Shown piece by piece: positions 29,868-41,354 of a DNA stretch of 64,000 nucleotides. Source of the stretch: Candidatus Methylacidiphilales bacterium (GTDB lineage Bacteria; Pseudomonadota; Gammaproteobacteria; JASGCS01); contig JASGCS010000001.1 in the NCBI GenBank assembly GCA_030054035.1, positions 270,280 to 334,279 on the forward strand. The letters run 5' to 3'. The notes under the pieces were generated by a model that saw only the letters and a list, made by a program, of their open reading frames with translations, did no database searches and had not been told where the DNA came from. Both the position numbers and the translations under genes were made by a program. Numbering within the stretch: the stretch's first letter is position 1; each line of letters opens with the position of its first letter.

Positions 29868-30722
29868 ATGGAGAGTATTATGGAAACACAACACATTCAT
29901 CAAAAAGTAGAAGAATTATACGACGGGAGGAGTGAAATAACTAAAGATTCGGCTTTTAAAAAATCACTAGTGCCATTTTCTAACACAATACTAACTGGAC
30001 TAAACGAAGGCAAAATAAGAATTGCTGAGAAAACAAAAGATGAGTGGGTAGTAAATACCTGGGTGCAAAAAGCAATACTATTATTATTTACGATTAGAGA
30101 GTTAGAATTATCACACTTTTATTCAATGTGCTATGACAAAATTCCACTTAAATTTATTAATTACAGTGCCAGTGATTTCATAAAAGATAAAATCAGAATA
30201 GTGCCTGGAGCTATTATCAGATCTGGTTGTTATATTTCTCCTGGAGTTGTTGCGATGCCGAGCTTTGTCAACATCGGTGCTTTTATAGGAGAAAATACCA
30301 TGCTAGACACTTGGTCAACGGTTGGCTCTGGAGCTCAAGTTGGTAAAAATGTTCATCTTTCTGGTGGCGCAGGATTAGGAGGAGTGTTAGAACCAATTGG
30401 GAACAACCCAACAATTATTGAAGACGATTGTTTTATTGGCGCTCGATCAGAAATTGTTGAGGGTGTAATTATTAAAAAAGGATCGGTGTTATCCATGGGG
30501 GTTTTTATTGGTAAAAGCACTAAAATTTACGACCGAACTACAAGAACTCTTATACCCCAAGGTGAAATACCAGAATATTCAGTAGTGGTGCCTGGAACCA
30601 TTGCAAGTGCTAAACACTCTGAAGAGCAAGATTTGTGTCAACTTGGCGCAGCAATAATAATAAAAAGAGTTGATGCGCAAACTAGATCAAAAACAAGTAT
30701 AAATGAACTCTTAAGAAATTAG
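29868..30722 (+). CDS. dapD: Tetrahydrodipicolinate N-succinyltransferase
   Basis: DKIPLKF, RIVPGA, MPSFVNIGA, GGVLEP, KTSINELLR. Confidence 0.96.
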   Translation: MESIMETQHIHQKVEELYDGRSEITKDSAFKKSLVPFSNTILTGLNEGKIRIAEKTKDEWVVNTWVQKAILLLFTIRELELSHFYSMCYDKIPLKFINYSASDFIKDKIRIVPGAIIRSGCYISPGVVAMPSFVNIGAFIGENTMLDTWSTVGSGAQVGKNVHLSGGAGLGGVLEPIGNNPTIIEDDCFIGARSEIVEGVIIKKGSVLSMGVFIGKSTKIYDRTTRTLIPQGEIPEYSVVVPGTIASAKHSEEQDLCQLGAAIIIKRVDAQTRSKTSINELLRN

Positions 30723-33700
30723 ACAATCGCAAAGGCGGTTGCTTCACGCAAATTAACACCCACAAGTTTTGTAACTCCAGCCTCACTCATAGTCACTCCA
30801 AGTAACTGGTCAGCATTAGCCATAGTTGTTTTATGATGGGTAATAACTAGATGCTGTACGGTTTTAGACATTTCTCTAATTAACACACAAAATCTCTCAA
30901 CATTAACTTCATCTAACGCGGCATCAACTTCATCCATAAGACAAAAAGGAGCCGGGTTTAAAGTAAACATCGATACAACAAAAGCAATAGCAGCTAATGA
31001 TTTTTCACCGCCTGAAAGTAAATGAATGTGGGTAATTTTTTTCCCAGGTGGTTGAATTAATATACTTACTCCGGGGTATTCTAAATCGTCATTTAATTCA
31101 AGTCTGGCACTGCCTCCATTGAACAGCTGATTTGCGATTTTATTAAGATTGATTGACACAGCAGAAAACACTGAATGAAATGATTCGTCTGTTTCTTTAT
31201 TAATTGAATCAATCGTTTCTTGTAGTGTTTTTAATGCATGTATAACATCGTCGCATTGTGTATCTAGTATATTTTTTCTATCGAGCAATTCAGAATATTC
31301 TTCCATTGCTACCATGTTAATAGCACCAAATTGCCCAAGAGATGTTTCTATTTTTTCAATTTCAAGTGTAAGAGTTTCTTCAGTTTGATCAGTTAGCTCT
31401 GGAACTGAGATAGTTATATTTAAAGATGATTTTTGTTCTTCATACTGAGTAATTTGCAATTGAGTTTCTTGTAACAGTAATTGCTTTTCATGTATAAAAG
31501 CTTGCAATGATTCCTTATTTTGTAATAACGTAGCCAACTGTTGTTCAAATATTGCTATCTGATCACAATTGAGTTGAAATAATTTTTGTAAGTCAACACA
31601 GGCTACTTGGATTAAATCATTATCCGTATAATGTTTAATTTTTTCCTCTTCTAATTTTGGAATTTTTTCTTGTAGGGAAATAATAGTATTTGCATTTACA
31701 GATATTCGTTGCTTAGTTTGCGCTAATTGTTGTTCAATCGTTGCGATAAGCGATTTAATTGAATCACATAATAACTGTTCATGTTCCAAATCAGATGATA
31801 TTTTTGAACAAGTTAGGATCTTTTCTTCATGTATATTTCTAGAGTTTTTAATTGTTAAAATAATTGCTTCTTTTTCTTGAAGTAACAATTTTAAATCTTG
31901 GGCTAAAGAAGATCGTTCGTCTTCTTTTTGTTCAATGTCTTTTATATTTTCTAATAATTCATTGCGCTTAGCTTTTAGTAATAAATTTATTTCGGTTAGA
32001 TTTTTTGTAGATGATTCTGAAGTAACTTTATTTTCTGTTACAGTTTTAATTAAAATAAATTGTTCGCTTTTTAATTTATCAAGTCGCAGGCGAATTTCTG
32101 TAATCGCTTTAGTATTAGCCTCAAACTCTTGTTGATAAAAATTTATTTGCCCAGAATTTGAAATTAAATTATTTTGTAAATTTTCCAGTTTATGTTGTAA
32201 ATCCTTAATGGCATTTTCAACAGATTGTCGCTCGCGCGCTCTTTGGATAGGTCCTTGAGGACTGTCTACTGAGTCACGAAGTACATTGATAGAGTTATGT
32301 TGTACCCAAATACTATCTTGGGTAATAACTGATTCATCTGATGGTAATTGATTGATTAATGCTAGAGCACTTTCAAAAGATTGGGTGATATGTATTTTAT
32401 CAAGCAACGTAACTACATGATTAGGAGCCTGAACTTTACTTGATAAACGATTGGTAATATCACCTATGGATTTTTGAAATGCGCCAATCACAAACATAAC
32501 CTCGCCGCATGGAATATCATTTACAGCAGTAGCGATGGTTTGAACATCATTAGAAACAAAAGCATCTAGTTGCTTTGAAAGCACAAGCTCTACGGCACGC
32601 TCCCAAGGCGATTCGACTGTAATATAATTGCTGAATATATCTTGCGTTTCACGAGAATGTGATTGTAGCCAGCTTAAAAGTTGTGACTTGGTGTGATCTT
32701 GGCCTGAAACCTGTAAAGCTTGTAATGAAGCTAGCATAGATGAGAGAGTTAATTTTTCTTCTTGAATTAAAGTTATCTGCGTTTGCATTTCATTACGTTT
32801 TAGTTGTAATTGCGACAACGACTCTTTTAATTGCTCATGGGTTGAAATGAGTATAGTAAGGGCCTCCTCATCAAGCGCTATCTCGTCAGTAAACCGAAAA
32901 TGCTGACTAGCATGGAGTTCTTCCTCGAGTCTATTAACTAGTGCATGTAATTGAGTTGATTTACTCTCCATTTCTTCAATCTGATTTTTAATCAAATCAC
33001 TTTGAAGTAAATTATATTCTAATGATTGATTAAGTTGATTGTAGGTGAGCTGTCTCGCGTCAAATCTTTGTTGCCAATCTTGAAGCATTGATTCGGCTTG
33101 CTCTGTTGACTGCTTTGAGAGCTCCAGTTCTTTAACAATGCTGTCATATTTTGGCTTTAGTAAACTGTGATGACTTATCTTCCCTTCTAGCTTATTATTT
33201 TCCAGTTTTAATTGTTCGGTTAAATCACTGCACTGTTGCTCAAGTATACTTTGTTCTTCTAGATTACTATTACATTGTTCTTTTGAGTATTGTATCTGTA
33301 AATCAATTTGTTTACAAATAGTAACAATAGCTTGGGCCTCAGATTTTTTTACATGTAATTGTTCTTGGGTGTTAGCTAGTGAAGTGCGTTCTTTTGATAG
33401 TTTCAACTCATAATCATGGTATTCACTATTAATCTGCTCCAATTCATGTTTGAGCTGCTTCATTGATTCCAAATGTTCATCTCGGAGCTTGGTGAAAGAA
33501 TTAATTTTGAAATTGCATAAAATAGCTTTTTTTGTAATCTTTTCTTTTTGTAATTTTTGAAATTTAATTGCTTGTTTTGATTGTTTATCTAATTTTGCAA
33601 GTTGGGACCCGAGTTCTTCGCGGATATCTTTTAAGCGGTCCAACTTTTCTTTAGTAAGTGCAATTTTTGCAATTGACTCTTTTTTTCGTTCCTTAAATTT

Positions 33701-34213
33701 AGAAATTCCCGCGGCTTCTTCTAAAAAACTTCTAACATCTTCGGGTTTAGACTCAACTATTCTTGACACCATACCTTGTTGGATTATTGCATAACTCCAA
33801 CTCCCTAGTCCAGTGCCTAATAATAAATCTGTAATATCTTTTTTTCTACATCGCTGGGAGTTCAAGTAGTAACATGATTCACCATTTCGCGATAACTCTC
33901 GTTTAATTGATATATCTTTATACCCTGCATATACACCTTGTAACGAGCCATCACTATTATCAAATATTAACTCTACCGACGCACGATCAGAAGGAGGTCT
34001 AGAATCGGTGCCTGTAAAAATAACATCCTCCATAGAAGTACCTCTAAGACTTTTTGCAGATCCCTCACCTAAAACCCATCGGATTCCGTCAATAATATTT
34101 GATTTTCCGCAACCATTTGGACCAACGATTGCTACAAGCTTTGATGACGCTTCTAGCACGGTTGTATCCGCAAATGATTTAAATCCGGAGTAAATCACCT
34201 TACTCAATCGCAT
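30719..34213 (-). CDS. smc: Chromosome segregation protein SMC
   Basis: GFKSFAD, GPNGCGKSN, long coiled coils, LSGGEK, MDEVDAALD. Confidence 0.97.
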   Translation of the reverse strand: MRLSKVIYSGFKSFADTTVLEASSKLVAIVGPNGCGKSNIIDGIRWVLGEGSAKSLRGTSMEDVIFTGTDSRPPSDRASVELIFDNSDGSLQGVYAGYKDISIKRELSRNGESCYYLNSQRCRKKDITDLLLGTGLGSWSYAIIQQGMVSRIVESKPEDVRSFLEEAAGISKFKERKKESIAKIALTKEKLDRLKDIREELGSQLAKLDKQSKQAIKFQKLQKEKITKKAILCNFKINSFTKLRDEHLESMKQLKHELEQINSEYHDYELKLSKERTSLANTQEQLHVKKSEAQAIVTICKQIDLQIQYSKEQCNSNLEEQSILEQQCSDLTEQLKLENNKLEGKISHHSLLKPKYDSIVKELELSKQSTEQAESMLQDWQQRFDARQLTYNQLNQSLEYNLLQSDLIKNQIEEMESKSTQLHALVNRLEEELHASQHFRFTDEIALDEEALTILISTHEQLKESLSQLQLKRNEMQTQITLIQEEKLTLSSMLASLQALQVSGQDHTKSQLLSWLQSHSRETQDIFSNYITVESPWERAVELVLSKQLDAFVSNDVQTIATAVNDIPCGEVMFVIGAFQKSIGDITNRLSSKVQAPNHVVTLLDKIHITQSFESALALINQLPSDESVITQDSIWVQHNSINVLRDSVDSPQGPIQRARERQSVENAIKDLQHKLENLQNNLISNSGQINFYQQEFEANTKAITEIRLRLDKLKSEQFILIKTVTENKVTSESSTKNLTEINLLLKAKRNELLENIKDIEQKEDERSSLAQDLKLLLQEKEAIILTIKNSRNIHEEKILTCSKISSDLEHEQLLCDSIKSLIATIEQQLAQTKQRISVNANTIISLQEKIPKLEEEKIKHYTDNDLIQVACVDLQKLFQLNCDQIAIFEQQLATLLQNKESLQAFIHEKQLLLQETQLQITQYEEQKSSLNITISVPELTDQTEETLTLEIEKIETSLGQFGAINMVAMEEYSELLDRKNILDTQCDDVIHALKTLQETIDSINKETDESFHSVFSAVSINLNKIANQLFNGGSARLELNDDLEYPGVSILIQPPGKKITHIHLLSGGEKSLAAIAFVVSMFTLNPAPFCLMDEVDAALDEVNVERFCVLIREMSKTVQHLVITHHKTTMANADQLLGVTMSEAGVTKLVGVNLREATAFAIV

Positions 34214-34265
34214 AATGATATATTTTTATTTATTAATTTATTAATAGTACTTTTTTGTTATAAAC

Positions 34266-34341
<76 letters not shown>

Positions 34342-34349
34342 ATTGCGCT

Positions 34350-34358
34350 ATTATAACA
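34350..34358 (-). promoter_or_regulatory. Extended -10 element for tRNA-Asn
   Basis: TGTTATAAT followed by a GCGC discriminator, 8 nt before the tRNA. Confidence 0.55.
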
Positions 34359-35261
34359 TTAGTTAAGAACCTTATTATTATTTATCAGAGCAATAATTCC
34401 AGCTTTTAGAGATGGGTCTTCTAAGGCTGTTGAAAAAGTAGCTTGCAGATAACCTAGTTTTGAACCACAATCAAATCTTTGGGCGGCTATATCAAAAGCG
34501 GTAACCGGCATAACTTTTTTTTGAATCATATGTGCAATTGCGTCAGTTAACTGAATTTCACCTTGCGATCCAGGTTTTGCACCCTGTAAAAACTCAAATA
34601 ACTTACCATGCAGAATATAGCGACCTATTATTGCTTGTGTTGAAGGGGAGTCTTTTGGTTCTGGTTTTTCTACAACTAATTCACAATTTAATAATCTATC
34701 TCCTAAATTTTTTCCACTAACCATGCCATATTTTCTTGAATCTTCTATGGCAATCTGTTCAGTAGCAATCACCATACCTGGATGATCATTTACTATCGAA
34801 ACCATAGAAGTTAATGTGTTTTGGATCCTTTTATTATGTAGCAAATAATCATCGGCTAATAAAACTGCAAAATACTCATCTGGAGAAATTAAAGCTCTTG
34901 CAGTTAGTATGGCGTCTCCTAAACCTTTTGGCTTACTTTGCCTAGTGTAAATAAAATGACTGTCCTTTGGAATTGTAGCTCTTAATTTCTCCAACAAATC
35001 TATTTTACCCGTTCGATCTAACTCAAGTTCTAATTCAAGTTGATCGTCAAAGTGATCTTCAATTGCTCTTTTAGACCTACCAGTGATAAAAATAAACTCT
35101 CTTATCCCAGCAAGATACGCCTCCTCCACCGCATACTGAACAAGAGGCTTGTCAATAATTGGTAACATTTCTTTAGGGGTTGCTTTAGTGGCGGGTAAAA
35201 ATCTTGTTCCAAAACCAGCCACAGGAAAAAGAGCTTTTTTAACAACTATTGATTGGCTCAT
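34359..35261 (-). CDS. galU: UTP--glucose-1-phosphate uridylyltransferase
   Basis: FPVAGFGTRFLPATKATPKEMLP, GLGDA, VEKP, GEIQLTDA, FDCGSKLG. Confidence 0.97.
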   Translation of the reverse strand: MSQSIVVKKALFPVAGFGTRFLPATKATPKEMLPIIDKPLVQYAVEEAYLAGIREFIFITGRSKRAIEDHFDDQLELELELDRTGKIDLLEKLRATIPKDSHFIYTRQSKPKGLGDAILTARALISPDEYFAVLLADDYLLHNKRIQNTLTSMVSIVNDHPGMVIATEQIAIEDSRKYGMVSGKNLGDRLLNCELVVEKPEPKDSPSTQAIIGRYILHGKLFEFLQGAKPGSQGEIQLTDAIAHMIQKKVMPVTAFDIAAQRFDCGSKLGYLQATFSTALEDPSLKAGIIALINNNKVLN

Positions 35262-35301
35262 ATCATTATTTGTGTTATTATAATACAGATTTTAATTTGA
35301 T

Positions 35302-35625
35302 ATGGCGTTTATAGTAACAGAGTCTTGTATTAACTGTAAATATACAGATTGTGTAGAAGTGTGTCCAGTGGATTGCTTCCATGAAGGTAACAACATACTG
35401 GTAATCAATCCAGATGAATGCATTGATTGCGCGCTATGCGTACCAGAGTGTCCAGTAGAAGCAATTGTAGCTGATGAAGACATTTCAAGCTCACAACTAG
35501 AGTTTATTGAAATTAATAAAAACCTATCTAAAACTTTACCTGTCATAACTAAAAAGAAACCAGCGCCACTAGATGCTGACGCATGGAAGACAATTAAAGA
35601 CAAAAGAAAATTACTTGAGTTATAA
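35302..35625 (+). CDS. fdxA: 7Fe ferredoxin (FdxA type)
   Basis: [30 protein letters not shown]. Confidence 0.95.
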   Translation: MAFIVTESCINCKYTDCVEVCPVDCFHEGNNILVINPDECIDCALCVPECPVEAIVADEDISSSQLEFIEINKNLSKTLPVITKKKPAPLDADAWKTIKDKRKLLEL

Positions 35626-38044
35626 AAAAATTAATGCGCCAGTTCAATCGCATTTCATTGAATTAGTTGCTGATGAAATTTTAAAAGCAACATCCACTGT
35701 TGATACTGTAGTAAATTTTAACTCGATATTAATACTAAGTGAACATGGTAATTTAAATCATGCGTTAGCAAAGGAAATACATAGAAAAAGCGCAGTTAAA
35801 ATAATCAATGGCTATAATCCAATCAGCCTAGATACTTGGATAAGCCTACAACTTTCAGAAATAGAAAATATAATACCTAATCATATTTCAAAACTATTAC
35901 TCGCAAATTTATTAACTAATTATAAATCAGTATTAGCTAACAACGATCCATTAACTGTTGCTGATTCGTTGCTATATTTTTTTAACCAGATAACAATATC
36001 AAATTATTCAGAACATACATTATTTCAACAATTCATAGATAAAGAAATAGCAAATGGTAGCGCACAAGAAACTAAATTAATATTTATACTTTGGGATATG
36101 TGGAATATATATCTAAAAGCTAATAATATAATCACTCTTGAACGCGCACTTCAGTCACATAAAGACCACCTCATTAATAAATTTGATAATTATAAAACGA
36201 TTTTTATTATTGGATATCCATTATTACACGCATATCATGCAAATTTAATCGAGATAGTAAGCAAGAAATCGGTAATAACTCATTTTGATATTGACTGGAA
36301 TAATGAATCTAACTTGAATAATTATGGGTGGTTTACAACATGCCTAGACCCTTCTATTTCACTACAAAAGAAAATTAAACTTAATGAAGATACCTATTCA
36401 CAAGCAACAAACCATTGCTACTTTAATTTTTTTGATGAGAAAGAAACTATGATCCAAAGTTGTATTAATTCAATTATTGAATTAATAAATAACTCAGATA
36501 ATCCGATTGCTATTTTGTGTGATGACAGAAAGTTATTTAGAAGATTGAGAGCGCGATTATTTGAAAGCGAAATCACAGTTATTGATCCATCGGGTTGGCC
36601 TATTTCTACTCTACCAACTGGTACTTTGTGTCATGACACCCTAGTGGAGATGCTTATGCAACATAATCCAAAAGAGAGCTACTCGTTCTCTAATTTAATT
36701 ACTAAACTAATTACGCAGTTGCAACTAAACATTAGTATAATCAAAGATGAGTCAATAAATGTACTATTAATAAATTTATTACAATTAAATCCACATCTCA
36801 ATCAATTTCAAATTACTGGTTCAATAGAACAATTTACACTCTGGATCCATTCGATACTTGAGCAGACGTTATATAAATTTGCAAGCACAAGATATGTGAA
36901 TGTGTTAGCGTCAAAATACAGTTCAATTGCCTATCTAGAGAACCATCATATTCTTTTACTTGGTATTCGCAACATCTATAGTCCAAAAATATCATTTACT
37001 AATATTTTTCTTAATGAAGCAACACGTAATCAATTGCATATTGCTACTGATGCAATTTTATATAATCAACAAATTAATTACTTGAAGAGAATTTTATCTG
37101 TGTCTCAAACAGTTAATTTTTATAATGTGCAACAAGGCGAAAACGATGAGCATGCGCTATTTGATCAGGGTCGTATTTTACTAGATTGTTTAGATAAAAA
37201 TAATATTAATAATTTCATACGAGACGGTAATCAAATAAACAGTATCCAAACTAATAATACAAAACAAATTGCTCTCCCTGCCCACGCTCCTTTACCAAAC
37301 ATATTAACAGTAAGCGATTTAACCATGTTATTAACTTGCAGTGCGCAGTTTTATTTTAATAAAACCTTAGATTGTGAAAGAGTTATAGACACCGAAGAAG
37401 TTCAGAATAAAATCACTTTTGGTTTATCATTTCATGATGCGTTACGAATATTTCATCAAACGAGAGACTTGGTGTCAATACTGCATACTGTTCACACACA
37501 AAACGATCGAAGAAATTACATATTTAAACTATTGCTAAAATCTTGGCGCTGCTCTAACAATAATTTGCAATCAACATATAGCAATTATCTTTGGAAAGAA
37601 TTTGCAGCAAACTACGCTTGTGAAATCTCTGAATTAGGAGACCAGCTACAATCAATTTCAAGTGAGCAAACAATAAGCCTTAGATTTGGAAATATCACTA
37701 TTAAAGGGGTTATTGATGTTTTATTTACATTGAAGGACAATTGTTTATGGCTAGGAGAATTTAAAAGTGGAATAACTCCAAGCGAGCATGAATTGCTGCA
37801 TTTAAAAAAACCACAGCTACTTATTTATGGCTACTTACTTGAACAGAAGCCAAGTAAGTATGTGATGTTTGGGATAAACAAAACACTTTCAATAGACGCT
37901 GTTAAAACTGTCGATTCAATGAAGGAATTACACAGCAATTTGACTGCTGTAAGAGAAAATACGGCTTATAGAGTAGTTCGTGTCTCAAACCAAAAAATTT
38001 GCAATAATTGTTCTGTGCGAACTACTTGTAAACCAACTATTTAA
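35573..38044 (+). CDS. AddB-like protein with C-terminal PD-(D/E)XK Fe-S nuclease domain
   Basis: LTVSDL...[36 protein letters not shown]. Real start may be TTG 35615. Confidence 0.72.
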   Translation: MLTHGRQLKTKENYLSYKKINAPVQSHFIELVADEILKATSTVDTVVNFNSILILSEHGNLNHALAKEIHRKSAVKIINGYNPISLDTWISLQLSEIENIIPNHISKLLLANLLTNYKSVLANNDPLTVADSLLYFFNQITISNYSEHTLFQQFIDKEIANGSAQETKLIFILWDMWNIYLKANNIITLERALQSHKDHLINKFDNYKTIFIIGYPLLHAYHANLIEIVSKKSVITHFDIDWNNESNLNNYGWFTTCLDPSISLQKKIKLNEDTYSQATNHCYFNFFDEKETMIQSCINSIIELINNSDNPIAILCDDRKLFRRLRARLFESEITVIDPSGWPISTLPTGTLCHDTLVEMLMQHNPKESYSFSNLITKLITQLQLNISIIKDESINVLLINLLQLNPHLNQFQITGSIEQFTLWIHSILEQTLYKFASTRYVNVLASKYSSIAYLENHHILLLGIRNIYSPKISFTNIFLNEATRNQLHIATDAILYNQQINYLKRILSVSQTVNFYNVQQGENDEHALFDQGRILLDCLDKNNINNFIRDGNQINSIQTNNTKQIALPAHAPLPNILTVSDLTMLLTCSAQFYFNKTLDCERVIDTEEVQNKITFGLSFHDALRIFHQTRDLVSILHTVHTQNDRRNYIFKLLLKSWRCSNNNLQSTYSNYLWKEFAANYACEISELGDQLQSISSEQTISLRFGNITIKGVIDVLFTLKDNCLWLGEFKSGITPSEHELLHLKKPQLLIYGYLLEQKPSKYVMFGINKTLSIDAVKTVDSMKELHSNLTAVRENTAYRVVRVSNQKICNNCSVRTTCKPTI

Positions 38045-40134
38045 GGATTTTCTGTAACATCTCGCATTGATAAACGCACTCTACCCTGTTTATCAATTTC
38101 TAAAACTTTAACTTTGACTTTATCACCAGTTTTTAACACATCATTCAAATTTTCAATTCTTTCTTCAGAAACTTGTGAGATATGAACCAAACCATCTTTT
38201 CCAGGCACTACAGAAACAAAAGCGCCATATTCCATAATCCTTGCAACTGTCCCATCATAGACTTTACCAACTTCGAGGTCTGAGGCTATGGCTAAAATTC
38301 TTCTTTTCGCTTCCTCGCCTGCGATTTTATCAACAGAAGCTATATGAACTGTACCGTTATCTTCGACATTTATATCAACTCCAGTTTCCTCGGTAATACT
38401 TCTAATGGTAACTCCGCCTTTACCAATAATGTCTCTAATTTTATCAGGGTTAATTTTTATCGTTATGAATCTTGGGGCGTATTCGGAAACATCTTCTCTA
38501 GGTTTACTTATACTAGAATTCATTATATTTAAAATGTGAATTCTTCCTTTTCTTGCTTGTTCTAGTGCTGCCGATAAAATTTCAAAGGTAATACCATTTA
38601 TCTTAATGTCCATTTGTAATGCGGTAATTCCTTGTTCTGTTCCGGCAACTTTAAAGTCCATATCACCTAAATGATCCTCATCACCAAGAATATCACTTAA
38701 TACTGCAAATGAATCACCCTCTTTAATCAAACCCATTGCAATCCCAGCAACGGGACTGGTTATCGTCACCCCTGCATCTAATAGTGATAGTGTAGCCCCA
38801 CATACAGTTGCCATTGAGCTGGAGCCATTTGATTCCAGTATATCTGACACCACGCGAACTGTATAAGGACATGAATCAGGATCTGGCATAACAGCAGCTA
38901 GGGCACGCTTTGCTAATTTACCATGGCCGATTTCTCTTCTTCCAGGACCCATCATTTTTCCAATTTCACCAGTAGAAAAAGGAGGGAAATTGTAATGCAA
39001 AAGAAATCTGTCTTTTATTTGCCCCTCTAACGCATCTATTGACTGTGCGTCATGTTCGGTACCAAGCGTCGTCGCAACTAAGGCTTGGGTTTCACCTCTA
39101 GTAAAAAGAGCTGAGCCATGAACCCGAGGAAGTAATCCTACTCGTATTGAAATAGGCCTTATCTCGTCAAGCTTTCTACCATCAATTCTAATTTTATCAG
39201 TTAGCGCCTTTGATCTAATATAGGTATACTCTAAATTTGAAATTATTGTCAATATTTGTTGATTGCTCACTGGAAAGGAAAAATTCTGTAATTGTATAGC
39301 GGCAACAGTCTCTAAGCGTAATTGTGCAAGTTTTTTTTGTCGTTCCTGTTTATCAAGCAATGCATAGGCAGCTACGATTTTATCCATGGAGATTGATTCA
39401 ACAGCATTACAGAGTTCTTGTGGCTCATCACTCTTATTCCAAGAAAATAGGGGTATTTCTACTGGAGAAATTGCAGATTCTAAAGCCCTGACAAAACTGT
39501 TAATTTCTGAATGGGCGAAAAGTAACGCTTCGATCATCTCCTTTTCACTTAATTCTTTAACTTGTGATTCGACCATCAAAATAGCGTCTTTAGTTCCTGC
39601 AACAACTAAATCAAGCTTTGATTTTAATAATTCAGTACGAGTTGGATTCACCACAAACCCACCTTCAATATAGCCAACTCTAACTGCTCCGAGTAGCGCA
39701 GAAATAGGCAACCCTGATATAGAACAAACCACTGAAGAAGCAAGCATCGCAACAATATCAGGATCAATTTCAGGGTTTAATGAAACAACATTGCAAATTA
39801 TTTGAACTTCATTATAAAATCCCTCAGGAAAAAGAGGTCTAATTGGTCGATCTATTAATCTGCTCGTTAGAACTTCTTTTTCACTTGGCTTGCTCTCTCT
39901 TCTAAAATAACCGCCAGGTATTTTTCCACCTGCATAGGCTCGTTCTTGATAGTGCACTGAAAGAGGAAGAAAATTTTGTTCAGATGACACATGATGGTTA
40001 GCAACTATTGTTGCCAGAACCACGGTATCATCAATATTTACCAACGCAGAAGCTGTGGCTTGACGAGCCATTTCACCGATTTCAATTTTGGCTTGACGAT
40101 TACCGATTTGTATACTAAAGGAATGTTTTTTCAT
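38041..40134 (-). CDS. pnp: Polyribonucleotide nucleotidyltransferase
   Basis: SRLIDRPIRPLF, HGSALFTRGETQ, RREIGHG, LESNGSSSMA, DHLGDMDFKVAGT, KH+S1 domains. Confidence 0.98.
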   Translation of the reverse strand: MKKHSFSIQIGNRQAKIEIGEMARQATASALVNIDDTVVLATIVANHHVSSEQNFLPLSVHYQERAYAGGKIPGGYFRRESKPSEKEVLTSRLIDRPIRPLFPEGFYNEVQIICNVVSLNPEIDPDIVAMLASSVVCSISGLPISALLGAVRVGYIEGGFVVNPTRTELLKSKLDLVVAGTKDAILMVESQVKELSEKEMIEALLFAHSEINSFVRALESAISPVEIPLFSWNKSDEPQELCNAVESISMDKIVAAYALLDKQERQKKLAQLRLETVAAIQLQNFSFPVSNQQILTIISNLEYTYIRSKALTDKIRIDGRKLDEIRPISIRVGLLPRVHGSALFTRGETQALVATTLGTEHDAQSIDALEGQIKDRFLLHYNFPPFSTGEIGKMMGPGRREIGHGKLAKRALAAVMPDPDSCPYTVRVVSDILESNGSSSMATVCGATLSLLDAGVTITSPVAGIAMGLIKEGDSFAVLSDILGDEDHLGDMDFKVAGTEQGITALQMDIKINGITFEILSAALEQARKGRIHILNIMNSSISKPREDVSEYAPRFITIKINPDKIRDIIGKGGVTIRSITEETGVDINVEDNGTVHIASVDKIAGEEAKRRILAIASDLEVGKVYDGTVARIMEYGAFVSVVPGKDGLVHISQVSEERIENLNDVLKTGDKVKVKVLEIDKQGRVRLSMRDVTENP

Positions 40135-40189
40135 AGAATAATAATAAAAATTAAATTGTTAAAGGGATGGAAAACGACAATATTGCCAG

Positions 40190-40450
40190 TTAACCACGAA
40201 TTTGTAGTTTTTTCACAATACTGGTAAAACGTACATGGTCGGCGCGTTTTAAATATTTTAAAAGTTTCTTTCTTCTTTGAATTAATTTAAAAAGACCATT
40301 TTTTGAATGGTTGTCTTTGGGGTGTTTTTCAAAATGAGAGACTAGGCTTTTGATATGCTCACTACAAATTGCAATTTGCACTTCAGAAAGACCTGTATTT
40401 TTAGAATTACCAGAATATTCTTTTACTAATGATTCCTTTGAAAATTGCAT
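40190..40450 (-). CDS. rpsO: 30S ribosomal protein S15
   Basis: TGLSEVQIA, HPKDNHS, RRKKLLKYL; upstream of pnp. Confidence 0.96.
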   Translation of the reverse strand: MQFSKESLVKEYSGNSKNTGLSEVQIAICSEHIKSLVSHFEKHPKDNHSKNGLFKLIQRRKKLLKYLKRADHVRFTSIVKKLQIRG

Positions 40451-40544
40451 ATTTTCTCTTCCTCTCTATGTTCATGTAAGCTTTTTATCTCAGTAATTAT
40501 ACCACAATTATAAGTAGGTATACTTAAGTATAATATGCAAGATC

Positions 40545-41354
40545 ATGGAGTCTTTTCCTAAAGTTTTCAACCCCACAAACTATGCGATTATTACTGTTAC
40601 TGGAAAAGACAGTGGATCATTTTTATTTAAACTTATTGCTGGAAATACACCGAATCTTGATCTGCAGGTAGCGTTTGTGGTTTTTCTCAATCATCAAGGC
40701 AGAATCTTTAATTTTGGACATATAATTAAAATCAACAGTGAAGAGTACCGATTACTGATTCCATATGACACTTTAGAGCTCTTTGTTTCCTATTTGAACA
40801 AAATGAAATTTAGATCTCATGTGTCGATAACTTCAACAAAAGCAAATATTTTAATTTTAAATGAGCAAGAAGCATCAATACATCAAGTTGCCACTTCAAA
40901 AGATAATGAGGTTGAGATTCGCGACTATGGATTATTGTTTACATTTGGAATGAACATAGGGCATTGTATACTTTTCAATAATGAAAAAGAGTTTTCACTT
41001 TGGTTAGCCGATCAAAAACTTGCCGAATTTATAAACACAACTGTAGCATTTAATGCTTGGTGTATCTACAATTCATTTCCAGTGTTTTCAACTGAAATGA
41101 TCAATACCTTTCTAGCATTGAGAATATTACCAGAGGAAATCAAAAATAAAGCAATCTCACTAAAAAAGGGGTGTTATCCTGGACAAGAAATAATAGCAAG
41201 GACTACTTATTTGGGATCAAATAAGTACTCATTAATTACTCTTGCATCTAAAAATTTAATAGATAGCAATTTAGATATTTTAATTAATTCAGTAAATTTC
41301 AAAGAAACAGACTATATTTTAGTGGCAAGAAAAATTAAGGAATTAGATTCTTAA
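40545..41354 (+). CDS. ygfZ: Folate-binding Fe-S/tRNA-modification protein YgfZ
   Basis: [14 protein letters not shown], signature [13 protein letters not shown]. Confidence 0.9.
   Translation: MESFPKVFNPTNYAIITVTGKDSGSFLFKLIAGNTPNLDLQVAFVVFLNHQGRIFNFGHIIKINSEEYRLLIPYDTLELFVSYLNKMKFRSHVSITSTKANILILNEQEASIHQVATSKDNEVEIRDYGLLFTFGMNIGHCILFNNEKEFSLWLADQKLAEFINTTVAFNAWCIYNSFPVFSTEMINTFLALRILPEEIKNKAISLKKGCYPGQEIIARTTYLGSNKYSLITLASKNLIDSNLDILINSVNFKETDYILVARKIKELDS

Noticed and set aside
35573-38044. Cas4 / CRISPR system
   Set aside because: No array or other cas genes; length and context fit AddB.
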